64,000 nt of DNA from Hypanus sabinus (GCF_030144855.1 NC_082709.1:170500001-170564000); one strand, 5' to 3'. Counted from the stretch's first letter, positions 25,207 through 37,739 are shown. The notes: generated by a model not told the origin, from the sequence alone. Numbers and translations are program-made.

Positions 25207-25739
25207 TAAATTCACACTGTATTAATAGCCATCCTGTGGTGGAATTTATACTGCACAGGAGCTTTCTCTCAAGTTGCTTCATCTAATTCCTAACCTTCAT
25301 ATTCTTTCTCACCGAAAGTATTTTATTTTCTACATGACTGCCTGGAGCAGCTGACAGCAGATCAGGTCAGAGCTCTGCAACTCTGCCATATCCACCCACG
25401 GACTGTGGTGAACAATTAAACAACTGATATGAGGAGGTTGTTCCGCTTTGTTTGTTCATCGACTGGGCACAAAACATTCCATAACGCTATTCATAAGGGA
25501 ACCGAGAGATCTCCCAAAACTTCTGAGCAATATTCCTCTCTCAATTAACAAACCGGTAAAAGTTATTAGCTGACTACTTAGCTCCTCTTCTTGTGGAAAT
25601 TATTTGCCCTTTTTTTCTTCCAAGGCAATAATCACACTATTCCAAGTAGCTATCATTATAGGATACAAGTTAAACTGAAGAACTGAGCTATTACTATTTT
25701 TTATTACTAGGGGTGGCCAGTATTACTAGTTAGTACTAG

Positions 25740-25897
25740 GAGCGGCACGGCAGTGTAGTAGCTGGCACAACATTTCACAGTGGCAGCGACACGGGTTCAA
25801 TTCCCGCCACTGGGATTAAATTGGGAGATTGCTGGACGGTGCGGCTCGAAAGGCCGGAAAGGCCTTTTCTGCTCTGTATTTTAATAATAATAATAAA
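25740..25897 (+). mobile_element. Internally deleted tRNA-derived SINE
   Basis: A-box-like head, B box GGTTCAATTCC at about 25795, CR1-like tail, (TAA)n end. Confidence 0.75.
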
Positions 25898-25902
25898 TAT
25901 TT

Positions 25903-26470
25903 CATAGAACATAGAATAGTACAGCACAGTACAGGCCCTTCGGCCCACAATGTTGTGCCGACCTTCAAACCCTGCCTCCCATATAACCGCCCACCTTAAA
26001 TTCCTCCATATACTTGTCTAGTAGTCTCTTAAACTTCACTACTGTATCTGCCTCCACCACTGACTCAGGCAGTGCATTCCACGCACCAACCACTCTCTGA
26101 GTGAAAAACCTTCCTCTAATATCCTCCTTGAACTTCCCTCCCCTTACCTTGAAGCCATGTCCTCTTGAACTGAGCAGTGGTGTCCTGGGGAAGAGGTGCT
26201 GGCTGTCCACTCGGCCTATTCCTCTTAATAGCTTGTATGCCTCTATCATGTCTCCTCTCATCCTCCTTCTCTCCAAAGAGTAAAGCCCTACCTCCCTTAA
26301 TCTCTGATCATAATGCATACTCTCTAAACCAGGCAGCATCCTGGTAAATCTCCTCTGTACCCTTTCCAATGCTTCCACATCCTTCCTATAGTGAGGCGAC
26401 CAGAACTGGACACAGTACTGCAAGTGTGACCTAACTAGAGTTTTATAGAGCTGCATCATTACATCTTTTC
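25903..26470 (-). mobile_element. Young CR1 3' fragment with unbroken C-terminal ORF
   Basis: Most of the 182-aa ORF 25965-26513 is CR1 ORF2 C-terminus with no stops; (CTATG/CTATT)-type tail. Confidence 0.92.
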
Positions 26471-26999
26471 TAGTTGTGTTAGTTTTCAGTTTGTAGTGGA
26501 GGGTGTATTGCAATAGAGGACATACATTAAATAATGTTAGGATTTAGAACAAATGCAGCAAAACGAGTGTCACAGATTAATACTGGATTAAGTTACTATA
26601 CTCGTTCTTAAAGTCGGGAATGACTGACCTGTGGACATGAGTTCAAATCCCATCCTGGGAGCTGAGAATTTAAACTTAAATATTAAGTATGGAATTAAAA
26701 GGCATGATGAGAAAACTAGTTGCCATCCTTATAGAGTCACAGAACAATACAGCATAAGAAAAGACCCTTCTGCCCATCTTGTCCATGCTGACCAAGATGG
26801 CCACCTAAGCAAGTCCCATATGAGGGATGAAAATCTGCTTTTCCTCATCTAGTCTGGTTCATATGGGTCTCAAGAGCAGGGATTCTCAACCTTTTTATAC
26901 TATGGTCCAATACCATTCAGCAAAGGGGCTGTGGACCCAGGTTGGGAAATTTTAGACCCACTCTTCAATACCCCTTAGAGTGGCCAGCCAGGAGGTATA

Positions 27000-27300
27000 T
27001 AACCACATGGTAGAGTAACAGTTAGCACAGTCACTTTATAGCCTCTGATATAAGATCAGGTTCGATTCCTGCCTCTGTCTGTAAGAAGTTTATACGTTCA
27101 CCCTGTGAACATGTGTGTTTTCCCCAGGCGCTCTGGTTTCCTCCCACATTCCAAAGACACACGGTTAGGATTAGTGAATTGTGAGCAGACTATGTTGGCA
27201 CCAGAAGCGTAGTAACATTTATGAACTGCTCAGCACAATCCTTCCTGATTTGATTTGATGCAAACAACACATACCACAGTGTGTTTCAATGTACACATGA
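27000..27300 (+). mobile_element. tRNA-derived SINE
   Basis: B box GGTTCGATTCC and the shared core. Confidence 0.7.
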
Positions 27301-28140
27301 CAAAGAAAGCCAGCCTTGAGTAATCCACTCAGTGCATTCACTTAGGAAAGAGGAGTATATGCAGAGCTTGCTAGTAATATATCTCGGTAAATTAGTAACT
27401 TCTATAAGAACCGGTACTTCCATTTGTATAGCACCATTCCTATAATGAAAATATTCCAAGACACTTCATAGGACTGTTATCAATTTTAAATAGCCCTACT
27501 TTGACGCACAAGGGAACCTTTTGGAAGCTGACCAAAAGCTGAGATTAGGAATAACAGAGGAAAAGGAGACAGGGATTTTGGGAGAGCTTTCCTGAAGCAA
27601 TTCCCTTTCCATGAAGACATGACCAGCAGTACTGAAGCTGTTAAATTCAAGGATGCTCAAGGCACCAAACTTAGAGTTATAGAGTCATGCTGCATGAAAA
27701 TAGGCCTTTCGGACCAACTGATCCATGCCTACCAAGATTCCCATCTAAGCTAGTCCCATTTGCCTCATATCCTTCTGAACAAGGGGTCCAGGGACCTCTT
27801 GCCTAATGGTATTAGTCCATGGCATAAAAAAATTTTCAGAGAGTCTAAACCCTTTTCCTGTCCAGGTACCTTTTAAATGTTGTCAATAACTTCCTCTGAC
27901 CACTCTGGGCAATAAAATTGCCGCTCAAGTTCCTGTGAAATCTCTCCCTTCTCACCCTAAATGGGAGGAGAGCAGGAATCTCAGAGAGTTTGTATGGCTG
28001 GGTTCATATTGGCTCAACAAGTCCATACTAACCATATGCCCTCTCAGTTAGTCTCAATTTCCTGCTTTCAGCCCATAGTCCTCTAAGCCCTGACCTTCCA
28101 CGCACATTCCATACAAAAAAATTAATGCACGCCTACTTAC

Positions 28141-28165
28141 CTTAACTCACTCTGGTAGCTTGTTT
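28141..28165 (-). CDS. IGSF5: IGSF5-like 25-nt cytoplasmic micro-exon (E)TSYQSEL(R), phase 1-2
   Basis: Strong acceptor ttttcttttgattttAG and donor AAG|GTAAGT. It supplies exactly the phase 1 to phase 2 bridge needed between the TM exon and the next exon. Confidence 0.8.
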
Positions 28166-28211
28166 CTAAAATCAAAAGAAAAATGAAATTATAAAGGAGC
28201 AAATTAATTTG

Positions 28212-28490
28212 GATGGCATAATAGTGTAGTGGTTAGCACAACACTTTACAGTAGAGGCAACCCAGTTTCAATTGCCGCTGCTGTCTGTAAGGAGTTTGTA
28301 CGTTCTCCCATTGACCACATGGATTTCCTCGGTATACTCCAGTTTCCTCCCTCAGTCCAAAGACGCACTGGTTAATAGGTTAATTGGTCATTATAAATTA
28401 TCCCATTATGAGGCTCTGATTAAATCGGGAATTGCTGGGCAGCATAGCTTGAAGGGCCAAAAGGCCTGTTCAGCGCTGTATCTCAGTTAA
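28212..28490 (+). mobile_element. tRNA-derived SINE
   Basis: tagtgtagtggttagc A box, degenerate B box, shared core and CR1-like tail. Lies about 50 nt from the micro-exon acceptor. Confidence 0.75.
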
Positions 28491-29169
28491 AGGTCCACAT
28501 AAAGGGACAAAACACGCCTGAGAAGGCAGCCCAGTGTCCATAATTGAGGCTTTCAAATGATATAACCATCTCAATGTGCTACACAGAAGTTAGTTCAATC
28601 CTTTTTGCTCCATCTTGGGAGAACATCTGAAACCCAGTTTAAACCATGTTTTGACAAAACTGGATATGAATCACTGAGTTATCTAGAATCAAGGGCTTCA
28701 GACAATAATCTATGCCTCATTATTTTACACAGAGAGCAGTGAATATGTGGAACATATTGTCTGCAAATAAATGACTAACATTGGCAACTATTTGTCCTTG
28801 ACTAATTCAAGGTAGCTACTTAGCAAAGGGATCAATTGAGAATTCTTTTTTCAAGGCTTTTTCCTCCCCCATGCCTTCATTTGTTACTATCATTGTCAGA
28901 AATTAATTTATTATGTTAACATCAAATAATATAGATCACTCCAGCTCACTTGAATAGAATGACAGTCAAAGACTCTGCTACCACAGATAAAATCCATCAG
29001 GCATGCTGTGCAGTAAGACCCTAGGCCCTAGGGTAATACGGTATACCAACTCACTATGCACATTCATAAATATAATACAAAGTCTGTTAAGTAAAGAGCA
29101 AGCATGTTAAGTAAAGCTGTACATACATAAGTTCATCTTTTAAAGGACTAAGAGAAAATTGAAACTAAC

Positions 29170-29286
29170 CATCTTGCTTTCTTCGTTTTATGCAGAAAAT
29201 AATCACAATGATGAGTATGATCAGCAGGATGGCCACAACGATTGGCACCACAATGGCAACAATTAGCCAGGTCTGATCCGTGCCAG
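29170..29286 (-). CDS. IGSF5: IGSF5-like transmembrane exon (117 nt, phase 1-1), AGTDQTWLIVAIVVPIVVAILLIILIIVIIFCIKRRKQD
   Basis: Acceptor tttgacttctacAG, donor G|GTTAGT. Long hydrophobic run followed by a KRRK stop-transfer. This frame is not the one shown in the ORF track. Confidence 0.9.
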
Positions 29287-29354
29287 CTGTAGAAGTCAAA
29301 GCTACAGAGGATTAGTACACATTTGAGAACATTCCCCACCGACAGGCGCACATT

Positions 29355-29880
29355 AAGAGAGAGTGATGTCACAAGGAAGCAGCATCCATCATCAAGGAGC
29401 CCATGCTCTCTACTTACTCGTTTCCATAGATGCTGCCTGGCCTGCTGAGTTCCTCCAGCATTTTGTGTGTGCTGCTCTCTACTTACTATTGCTTTCAGGG
29501 AGGTTGTTCAGGAGCCTTAGGTTCCACATCACCAGGTTCAGGAACAGTTGTTACCCTTCAACCATCAGTCTCCGGATCCAGCATGGATAGTCTCACTCAC
29601 CGTGACACTGGAATAATTCCACAGCCTGTGGACTCACTCTCAAGGACTGTATAACTCGTGTTCTCAGTATTATTGATTTGTCTATTATTAATTACTATTC
29701 TTTTGCATTTGCACAGCTTGTCTTCTTTTGCATATTGATTGTCATTCTTTGTTTGAGAGTAGTTTTTCATTGATTATACTGTATTTCTTTGTCCTACTGT
29801 AAATGCCAGCAAGAAAATGAATCTCAGGGCAGTATATAGTAACATATACGTACTTTGATAATGAATTTACTTTGAACTTT
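29355..29880 (+). mobile_element. Rex1/Babar 3' fragment with Penelope-hairpin half arm
   Basis: aagcagcatccatcatcaagga...SGRLFRSLR...RNSCYPSTI; arm gatgctgcctggcctgctgagttcctccagcattttgtgtg at about 29428-29470. Confidence 0.65.
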
Positions 29881-30146
29881 AAACATTTCCTAATAATAGA
29901 ATCATTTTGAGACAGTAGATGAAATGTAAACAGGGTAAACCAGGTAAAAATCAGGCAGTACCAGTAAACTTGAGAATACAATCCCAAATTCACTCTACCT
30001 AACCCAAAATATGCCTCTGACTTGGATATGATTTGTAGACGCTGGCTTTCTCATTTGTCCACTTTTATCTGAGCCCAAGTGTTAGGAAGCTGTTTAACTT
30101 TGAGTTTACAATGGTAGAATTCAGCCCTGTTGTCACCACGTATCTA

Positions 30147-30720
30147 CACTCAGTGGCCACTTTATTAGGCGCACCTGTACACCTGCTCAGTAATGCAAAT
30201 ATCTAATCAGCCAATCATGTGGCAGCAACTCAATGCATAGAAGCATGTAGAGACAGTCAAGAGATTCATTGGTTGCTCGGACCAAACATCAGTTTGAGGA
30301 AGAAATGTGATCTAAGTGACTTTGACCGTGCAATGATTGTTGGTGCCAGACGGGGTGGTTTGAGTATCTCAGAAACTGCTGATCTCCTGGGATTTTCACA
30401 CACAACGGTCTGCAGAGTTCATAGAGAATGGTGAGAAAATGTTTTTAAATATTCAGTAAGCAGCAGTTCTGTGGGTGAAACATCTTGTTAATGAGAGAGG
30501 TCAGCGGACAGTGGTCAGACTGCTTCAAACTGAGAGGAAGGCAACAGGAAATCAAATAACCTCACGTTACAACAGTGGTGTGTAGAAGAGCATTTCTGAA
30601 TGCATAACACATAAAATCTTGAAGTGGATGGGCTGCAGCAGCAGAAGACCATGAACATACTGTAAACTCAGTGGCCACTTCATTAGGCACAGGAAGTACT
30701 GATAAAATGAATACTGAGTG
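30147..30720 (+). mobile_element. Tc1/mariner-derived MITE (574 bp), TA TSD
   Basis: TA at 30145-46 and 30721-22; TIR cactcagtggccactttattagg; HTH remnant KKCDLSDFDRAMIVGARRGGLSISETADLLGFSHTTVCRVHREW. Confidence 0.92.
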
Positions 30721-31069
30721 TACACCCACAGCTTTCATGTCAGTAAATTGCCAGACAGGTTTCCACTTTCCTTTAAGGAAATTAAGATCAATTCTTGTAC
30801 CTTCACCATCACACGCCTGGCATAAATTGGCTCAGCACAGACTATCAAACTGAATCCAGGAAGGCTGAGCTGTTGGAAGAGTTAATACTATCCAGTTTAG
30901 TAAGTTATAATGAAAACCCAAAGTATCCCAAATTTCAACAATAGCTACAAAGTGCTTTGAAATGTCTGAAATCTTCAAAGGCATTGTACAAATATAATAT
31001 TTATTTTATTTTCATCACTGGATACTACAGCTGGATATGCCTCTCTGTAAAACATTCTGTGGTATCTAT

Positions 31070-31250
31070 GACACAAGAGATTCTGCAGATGCTGGAAATC
31101 TGCAGCAACACACTCAAAATGCCGGAGGAAATCTATGGAGGGATATGAACGGTCCTGCTGTAGGGTCTAAGCTCGAAATACTGACTGTTCATTGCCCTAA
31201 GTACAGGCTCACTGACCTACTGAGTTCTTGAAGAATTTTGTGTGTGTGCA
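31070..31250 (+). mobile_element. Degenerate Penelope-derived hairpin
   Basis: gattctgcagatgctggaaat...cacactcaaaatg and closing attttgtgtgtgt; hammerhead-like relic at 31152-31187. Confidence 0.6.
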
Positions 31251-31439
31251 GTAGTATCTTTGTTACTTTAGAGTGCAAATACATTGAGATTTGTCCGTCA
31301 AAGTAAATTATAACATTAGCAAAATTTTTTAAAAGGATAAGTTGTCAATTAATCGATCTAACTCTCAAATGTGTTGGTAACTTTTGATCAGGGGGATATT
31401 GGACTGATATCCTTTCCCCTAAAATTCCCCTAAAAGAAG

Positions 31440-33245
31440 GTATGTGGTTGCCTTAGCAGACAAGGTGAAGAAGAATCCTAGGGTATCCTACAGATATGTT
31501 AAGACCAAAGAGCTGCAAGGGACCAATTTGGTCCTCTTGAAAATCAGGATGGTAATTCATGCATGGAGCCAAAAGAGATAGGAGAGATCTTAACTGCATT
31601 ATTGTGCATCTGTATTTACTCAGAAGGACACAGAGTCTATAGAAGTGAGGCAAAATGGCATCAACTTCATGGACTCTATACAGATTACAGAGGAGGAGGT
31701 GTTTGCTCTCTTGGGGTAAATTAGGGTGAATAAATCCCCAGGACCTAACAAGGAGCTCCTTCAGACCCTATGGAAGGCAAGTGAAGAAATTGCTGGGTCC
31801 TAGCAGAGATATTTAAATCATCCTTAGCAACAGGTGAAGTACCAGAGGACAGGAGGATAGCTAACATTGTTTTGCTGTTTAAGAAAGGCTCTACAAATTA
31901 GCGAGAGAATTATAGGTTGGTAAGCCTGATGTCTGTAGTCTGAAAATTATTGAAAGGTATTCTGAGGCACTGGATAGAGGAGTATTTGGATTGACAGGGA
32001 CTGATTAAGGATCGTTAACCTGGCTTTGTGCGTGGTAGGTCATGTCTAACCAATCTTAAGAGTTTTTTGAGGAAGTTACCAGGAAGGCTGATGAAGGAAA
32101 GGCAGTGGATGTTGGCTATGTGGACTTTAGTAAGGCATTTGACAAGGTCCCACATTGGAGGTTGGTCAGAAAGGTTCATTTACTTGGCATTCAATTAAAT
32201 TAAATTAGACATTGGCTTTGTGAAAGAAACTAGAGTGTGTAATTGATGGTTACCTCTCTGACTGGAGGACTGTGACTAGTGGAGTGCCGCAGGGATCAGG
32301 ACTGGGTCCATTTCTGTTTGTCATGTATAGCAATGATCTGGATAATAATGTGACTAACTGGATCAGTAAATTTCTGGATGACACCAAGATTGGGAGTGTA
32401 GTGGACGGCGAGGAAGACTATCAGAGTTTGCAGCGGGACTGGGACCAGCTGGAAAAATGGGCTGAAGAATAGCAGATGGAATTTAATGCAGACAAGTGCG
32501 AGACAAGTAAAGGTAGGTCTTACACAGTGAATGGTAGGGCACTGAAAAGTGTTGTAGAAAAAAAGGGGATCTGGGAATACAGGTCCATAATTCATTGAAA
32601 GTGGTGTCACAGATAGATAGGGTCATAAAGAAAGCTTTTGGCATATTGGCCTTCATAAATCAAAGAACAGAGTACAGGAGGAAGAAGTATAAAAATTGCT
32701 GAGGCCTCATTTGGAGTATTGTGTACAGTTTTGGTCACCTGCCTACAGGAATGATGTAAATAAGGTTGAAAGGATGCAGAGAAAATTTACAAGGATGTTG
32801 CCAGGGCTGGAGGACCTGAGTTATAAGGAAGTATTGAATAGGTTAGAAATGTTTTCCTTGGAACATAGAAGACTGAGGGGAGATTTGATAAAAGTATATA
32901 AAATTATGAGGGATATAGATAGGGTAAATCCAAGCAGACTTTTTCCACTAAGGTTGGGTGGGACTACAACTAGAGGTCATGGGTTAAGGACGAAAGGTGA
33001 AAAGCTTGAAGGGAATATGAGGGTAAAGTTCTTCACTCAGAGGTTCATGAGACTGTGGAATAAGCTGCCAGAGCAAGTGGTGCATGCAAGCTTGATTTCA
33101 ACATTTAAGAGAATTTTGGATAGGTACGAAGATGGCAGGGGTACGGAGGGCTACGGTGCAAGTCGATGACAGCAGGCAGTTTAAATGGGTCGGCACAGAC
33201 CAGATGGGCCAGAGAACCTGTTTCTGTTCTATGCTTCTCCATAAC
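31440..33245 (+). mobile_element. CR1 LINE, 5'-truncated
   Basis: [32 protein letters not shown]. Confidence 0.92.
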
Positions 33246-34208
33246 TGTATTTCATTAGAATGCATTGGCTTTAAACACTATCAGAAAACTAGCAAATTGT
33301 TAAATACCATTAATTGATTTTAAATTTGGAAAAGGGGGGAACAAACCGTAATATTGCAAATTTCTAATGCATAAACATAGGAACCTTGGAAAAATTGTCT
33401 CTGTTCACCATTGCTATTGTACTGGAGAGAGAGCTGGTTGTGTGATAAATTCAGTGTAGTTATTTGATGAGGATGTGACTTAGATAGTTTTATATGTACT
33501 CTTGATTTTAAAGAAAGTCAATAGATTAAACTGACTTTAATCACCTCTGGTGGTACACACCTCCCAATTATACCAATTAGAAATTGGCTTTAGAATCCTT
33601 GAAGGCATGAATACCAAACATCATAGGATAAAAATCACTATTGGTTACAAATCCAGTAGTGTTTTTGCATTGTACATTTAATAAATATGGTTCTATTCTC
33701 CTCATTATTGTGGTTGTCTGCTTCCCTATAAATAAGGATAAAGTTAAAAAAAAAATAAGTTTATACAATTATCTTCTTTGTCACCGAAGTCATTCTGTGG
33801 ATTCCTGTGAACGACCAGTGGTCCCTTTCAGAAGCCAGTCCTCAGAAGAGGACTCAGTAGATAAATGTCAGGAAGTTTCAGCCTAATCCTATCTTCATTT
33901 ATTGTGCCCCCACAAAACATTTCATCAGAATCAAGGAATGATTAATGACTTTCATGCCCTTGGTCTAGGCCAGTACGGTAAACAATATTGTTTTTTTTTC
34001 TCACAAGCAGATACATCTAGTACCATATTCTCCAGGAAACAAAGTTGAGGTATACCTTGCAATGCTCCATTCCCTATACGACAGTCATCCATCTGTGGTA
34101 CCTTCCCGTAGACTAGGATTGAAATAACTCTCATCTCTAAGATCAGACAGTAAATCACAGTATTAAATAAGCCCTTCTTCACCCCAATGCACAAAGCACT
34201 ACACTAAC

Positions 34209-34508
34209 CTGGTTTCACAGTGATGGATAGTTCAGCAGATTTAGGCTGAGGAAGAGCTTTGATGTCAGCCTGACAGATGATCTTGGCATTAGCGCTAAGG
34301 GTGAGATTTAAAATGCTGATGGCATTGTAGAGATTTTTTGAAGACTGTTGGATGGTGGTGCTGTACATTTGCGAATCAACCACTGTTCCATTATTTTTCC
34401 ACTCAATGATCGGTGCAGGATTCCAGCCCTCTGCCTTACAGACGATATCCGAGGCATGGTTTACCACAACAGATGAAATCAGCTTCTCAAAATATACTGT
34501 TCCATCAA
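34209..34508 (-). CDS. IGSF5: IGSF5/JAM4-like Ig domain 2 exon (300 nt, phase 1-1)
   Basis: Acceptor ctctattcacAG, donor G|GTTAGT. C-type Ig pattern: IVCKAEGWNPAPIIEW...AISILNLT...IICQA...KSAELSITV. Confidence 0.9.
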
Positions 34509-34599
34509 CTGTGAATAGAGTAAGAGCAGGGATTTTGGTTTGCATGTTGTTTTAACAGTGATGAACTTGCCATTCAAGTTAACAAATATATATATATAT

Positions 34600-35070
34600 A
34601 GAACTCTGAAGACAGAACAGTACAGCACAGTGCAGACCCTTTGGCCCAGGATGTTGTGCAGACCTTTTCACCTAGTCCAAGATCAATCTAACCCTTCCCT
34701 CCCACATAGCCTTTTACGCTTCTTTCATCCAAGTGCCTATCAAAGAGTCTCTTAAATGTCCCTAAAATTTCCCCTCTACCACCATCCGGAGCAGAGCACT
34801 CCATGCACCCAGCACTCCCTATGTAAAACAAAGCTAAACCTCGTCTGGAGGTTTGGCCGCACTTTCCAGCTTCCACCCACGTTCTAAAGGCGCACTTGGA
34901 GGTTGAATTACCCCGACAGTAGGTATGGAAAGTGGGGGGAAAAAAGTGAAAGGGGAGTTGGAAAGCAAGCGAAAAAGAATAAGGTGTAAGTCTGCAGAGG
35001 AATAACTGAATGGAACCAGTTGGAATGCTCTGTGGGATGAGTCAAATGGCCCCATTCTCTGTTATAGCTC
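34600..35070. mobile_element. CR1 3' tail (minus) and SINE/CR1 tail (plus)
   Basis: ILGTFKRLFDRHLD on minus; tail aatggcccattct on plus. Confidence 0.6.
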
Positions 35071-35115
35071 TAGCAGTACTTAAAGAACTAATACATAGTT
35101 TACTCATAAGTTATA

Positions 35116-36273
35116 CACTCTCAGAGACCGCTTTATTAGGTATATCATCGTCATTATCATCGTAGTGCTGCCATACCCAGCTTCAAGACCATCCAAGTAG
35201 AGTGAGGTGTATATTATTGTTTTGTACTTTATTTTTAGTTAAGTTTTCACACTGTTAAGTGTGTTTTTAAATGTTGTTGCTGTAACAAAAGAACCTCCCA
35301 CTGTGGATCAATAAAGTACACATTATTATGGCTATTATTATTATTATTATTATTAGGTGTCGTGTCATATGACATGGGGCGATCATGGCCTTTCCATGAC
35401 CACAATTGTTCTTGACAAATTTTTCTACAGAAGTGGTTTGCCACTGCCTCTTTCTGGGTAGTATCTTACAAGACTGGTGACCCCAACCATTGCCAATGCT
35501 CTTCAGAGATTGTCTGCCTGATGTCAGTGGTTGCATAACCAGGACTTGTGATATGCACCAACTCCTCATACGACCATCCACCACCTGCCCCCTGGCTTCA
35601 CATGACCCTGATCGGGGGGAGAGGGGGCGGCTAAGCAGGAGTTACGCCTTGCCCAAGGGTGGCCTTCTAGCTAGCGGAGGGAAAAAGCGCCTTACACCTC
35701 CTTTGGTAGAGACATATCTCCACCCTGCCGCTGTTTACAGGAGGTACCTAATAAAGTGGCCACTGAGTGTAAACCTTCTGCTGCTGCAGACCATCCACTT
35801 CAAGGTTCCATGTGTTGTGCATTCAGAGATGCTCTACTGTGCACCACTATTGTAACACATAACTATTTGAGTTACTGTTGCCTTCATGTCAGCTTGAACC
35901 AGTCTGGCCATTCTCCTCTGACCTCCCTCATTAACAAGGTGTTTCTTTTGCCCTTAAAACAGCTGCTCACTGGATTTTTTTTTTGGTTTATCCGCCATTC
36001 TCTGTAAGCTGAAGTCTGTTTGTTGCTCATGAACATCCCAGGAGATCAGCAGTTACTGAGATATTGCAACTACAGCGTCTGGCGCCAACAATCATTCCAC
36101 CATCAAAGTCACTTAGATCACATTTCCTCCCCATTCTGATATTTGGACTAAACAACAACTCAACCTCTTGACCACGTCTACATGCTTTTGTGTATTGCGT
36201 TGCTGCCAAATGATTGGCTGATTACATATTTGCATTAACGATCAGCTATACCTGATAAAGTGGACACTGAGTG
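35116..36273 (-). mobile_element. Tc1/mariner MITE with about 600 bp of nested repeats in its terminal mini-palindrome
   Basis: TIRs at 35116, 35747-35769 and 36251-36273 with flanking TA; HTH remnant ORF 36027-36209. Confidence 0.85.
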
Positions 36274-37739
36274 TATACACCTATAACACAAAATAAATTC
36301 AGTAAGGAAATTGGTCCCAAAACACGTTTTGTGCTTATGTTTATGAAAGAAGATGTATTAAACCTTCTAAAGATAGTGGAGAACTGTAGAACTACAATGA
36401 ATGAAAATTATCAAGGTAAATTTCCAAGCATAATTCAATACTAGTTCATTTCCTTAAACAAGCTTGATGTACTCTGGCCCAGCTGAGTGGTCACGTGCTT
36501 AAAAATATTCATGCAAAGCTTCTTGGAGCACCTTGCTGCATAATAGATAATACATTAATGCAAGCTAGTATTGGAAACATAAATAACTACTGCATATCTA
36601 CTCCCCTGGGAAAGGCGTGATTATGGCTGTATGCAGAGGTAAATAAAAAGGACTAAGCAAGATAAAAGATTTCCTTGCTTGCTTGAAGAGTGTGAACAAC
36701 TGAAACAGACAACAATCAAAGCACACAAGATGAAAAAAAACTGAGGAGGAGATGGGAAAGAATTGCCTTCAGTCCAGTAGTTGAAACATACAGAAAACCA
36801 TAATAATGCATTTCTTTTGATCTATCAGATAGCCTTTGTAACCCCTGTCTTAACTCCTTTCCCTTCCACATCTCCTGCTCGAAGCTTCTGATCCTGTTAG
36901 ATGAAAGAGTGGTTTGATCATTGGCTCACAATATAGACTGCAGTTGGTCACAGCGCAAACCCAGAACCTGAAATGGCTGGCACAAGGCTCATTCTGCCAA
37001 TTGTCTTTAAACCATCCTGACACAGGTAACCATTAGATGTAGCGAAGGCTCAAAGCAGAGGCCAAAATATTTTATAAAGGGTTAAGAATGCAAGAACCAA
37101 AGATGTATTAGAGATTAATAGTAAGTTGAAAGAAGAGAGAATATTTCGTAAACCATTTAAAATGTTTCAAAGGTACTTTTAAACCCATAAAGGTAATCTT
37201 GGTCATGCAGAATTCCCACTTGGTAGTTTTCTGTTAGTCTGTGCACAATGTTATAAAATGGCTGGAGAGTCTGAGAATCTTCTGCTCTATGTTCATATGT
37301 TTGTATTTAATAATGAAAAAGAGGAAAAATGACAGAGAATAGAATGAAGTACAAAAGGGAAAAAATGGTGAAAAAATACTCAGTAGAAAGGGATGTGGAG
37401 GCAGTATTTCAGGTCGAGGACTTACCATCAAAATTAGAAAATTATATATTTCCAACCTTTGCCTGCCTTTCTGGACACACTGCAACATTTATTTAACCAT
37501 TCACACCTTCTCTGAATACACCTTTTGTTCCTTTATTTTTCTCTTTTCATCATTTCCTTCACTCTGCCATTTTCTTCTGCATCAATGATCTTCCCCCAGA
37601 GGTCTTTCAAGTGGTGCTTTTCATTGCATCGAAATAAACATAAGTTCCTATCCCCTCACCAATATATTCATCATTGATGCCCTCCCTATCATCCCTGTTG
37701 AGGACACTCACAATTTAAACAAAGGGAGTTGAATATTTA

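Noticed and set aside
25740-25815. tRNA-like A and B boxes (also at about 27040, 28215, 38000 and 40345)
   Set aside because: No cloverleaf or anticodon arm. Each runs into a shared SINE core or CR1-like tail, so these are SINE heads, not tRNA genes.
34050-34132. Possible cassette exon just after the Ig2 exon (EMRVISILVYGK...)
   Set aside because: Weak GTAC/GTAT donors and no recognisable peptide. Direct Ig2-to-TM splicing is already in frame.
35333-35355. Short tandem arrays: (TTA)n here, (ATTCAA)n at 3331 and (TCAGAT)n at 57321
   Set aside because: These are LINE or SINE 3' tails, not CRISPR or satellite arrays.
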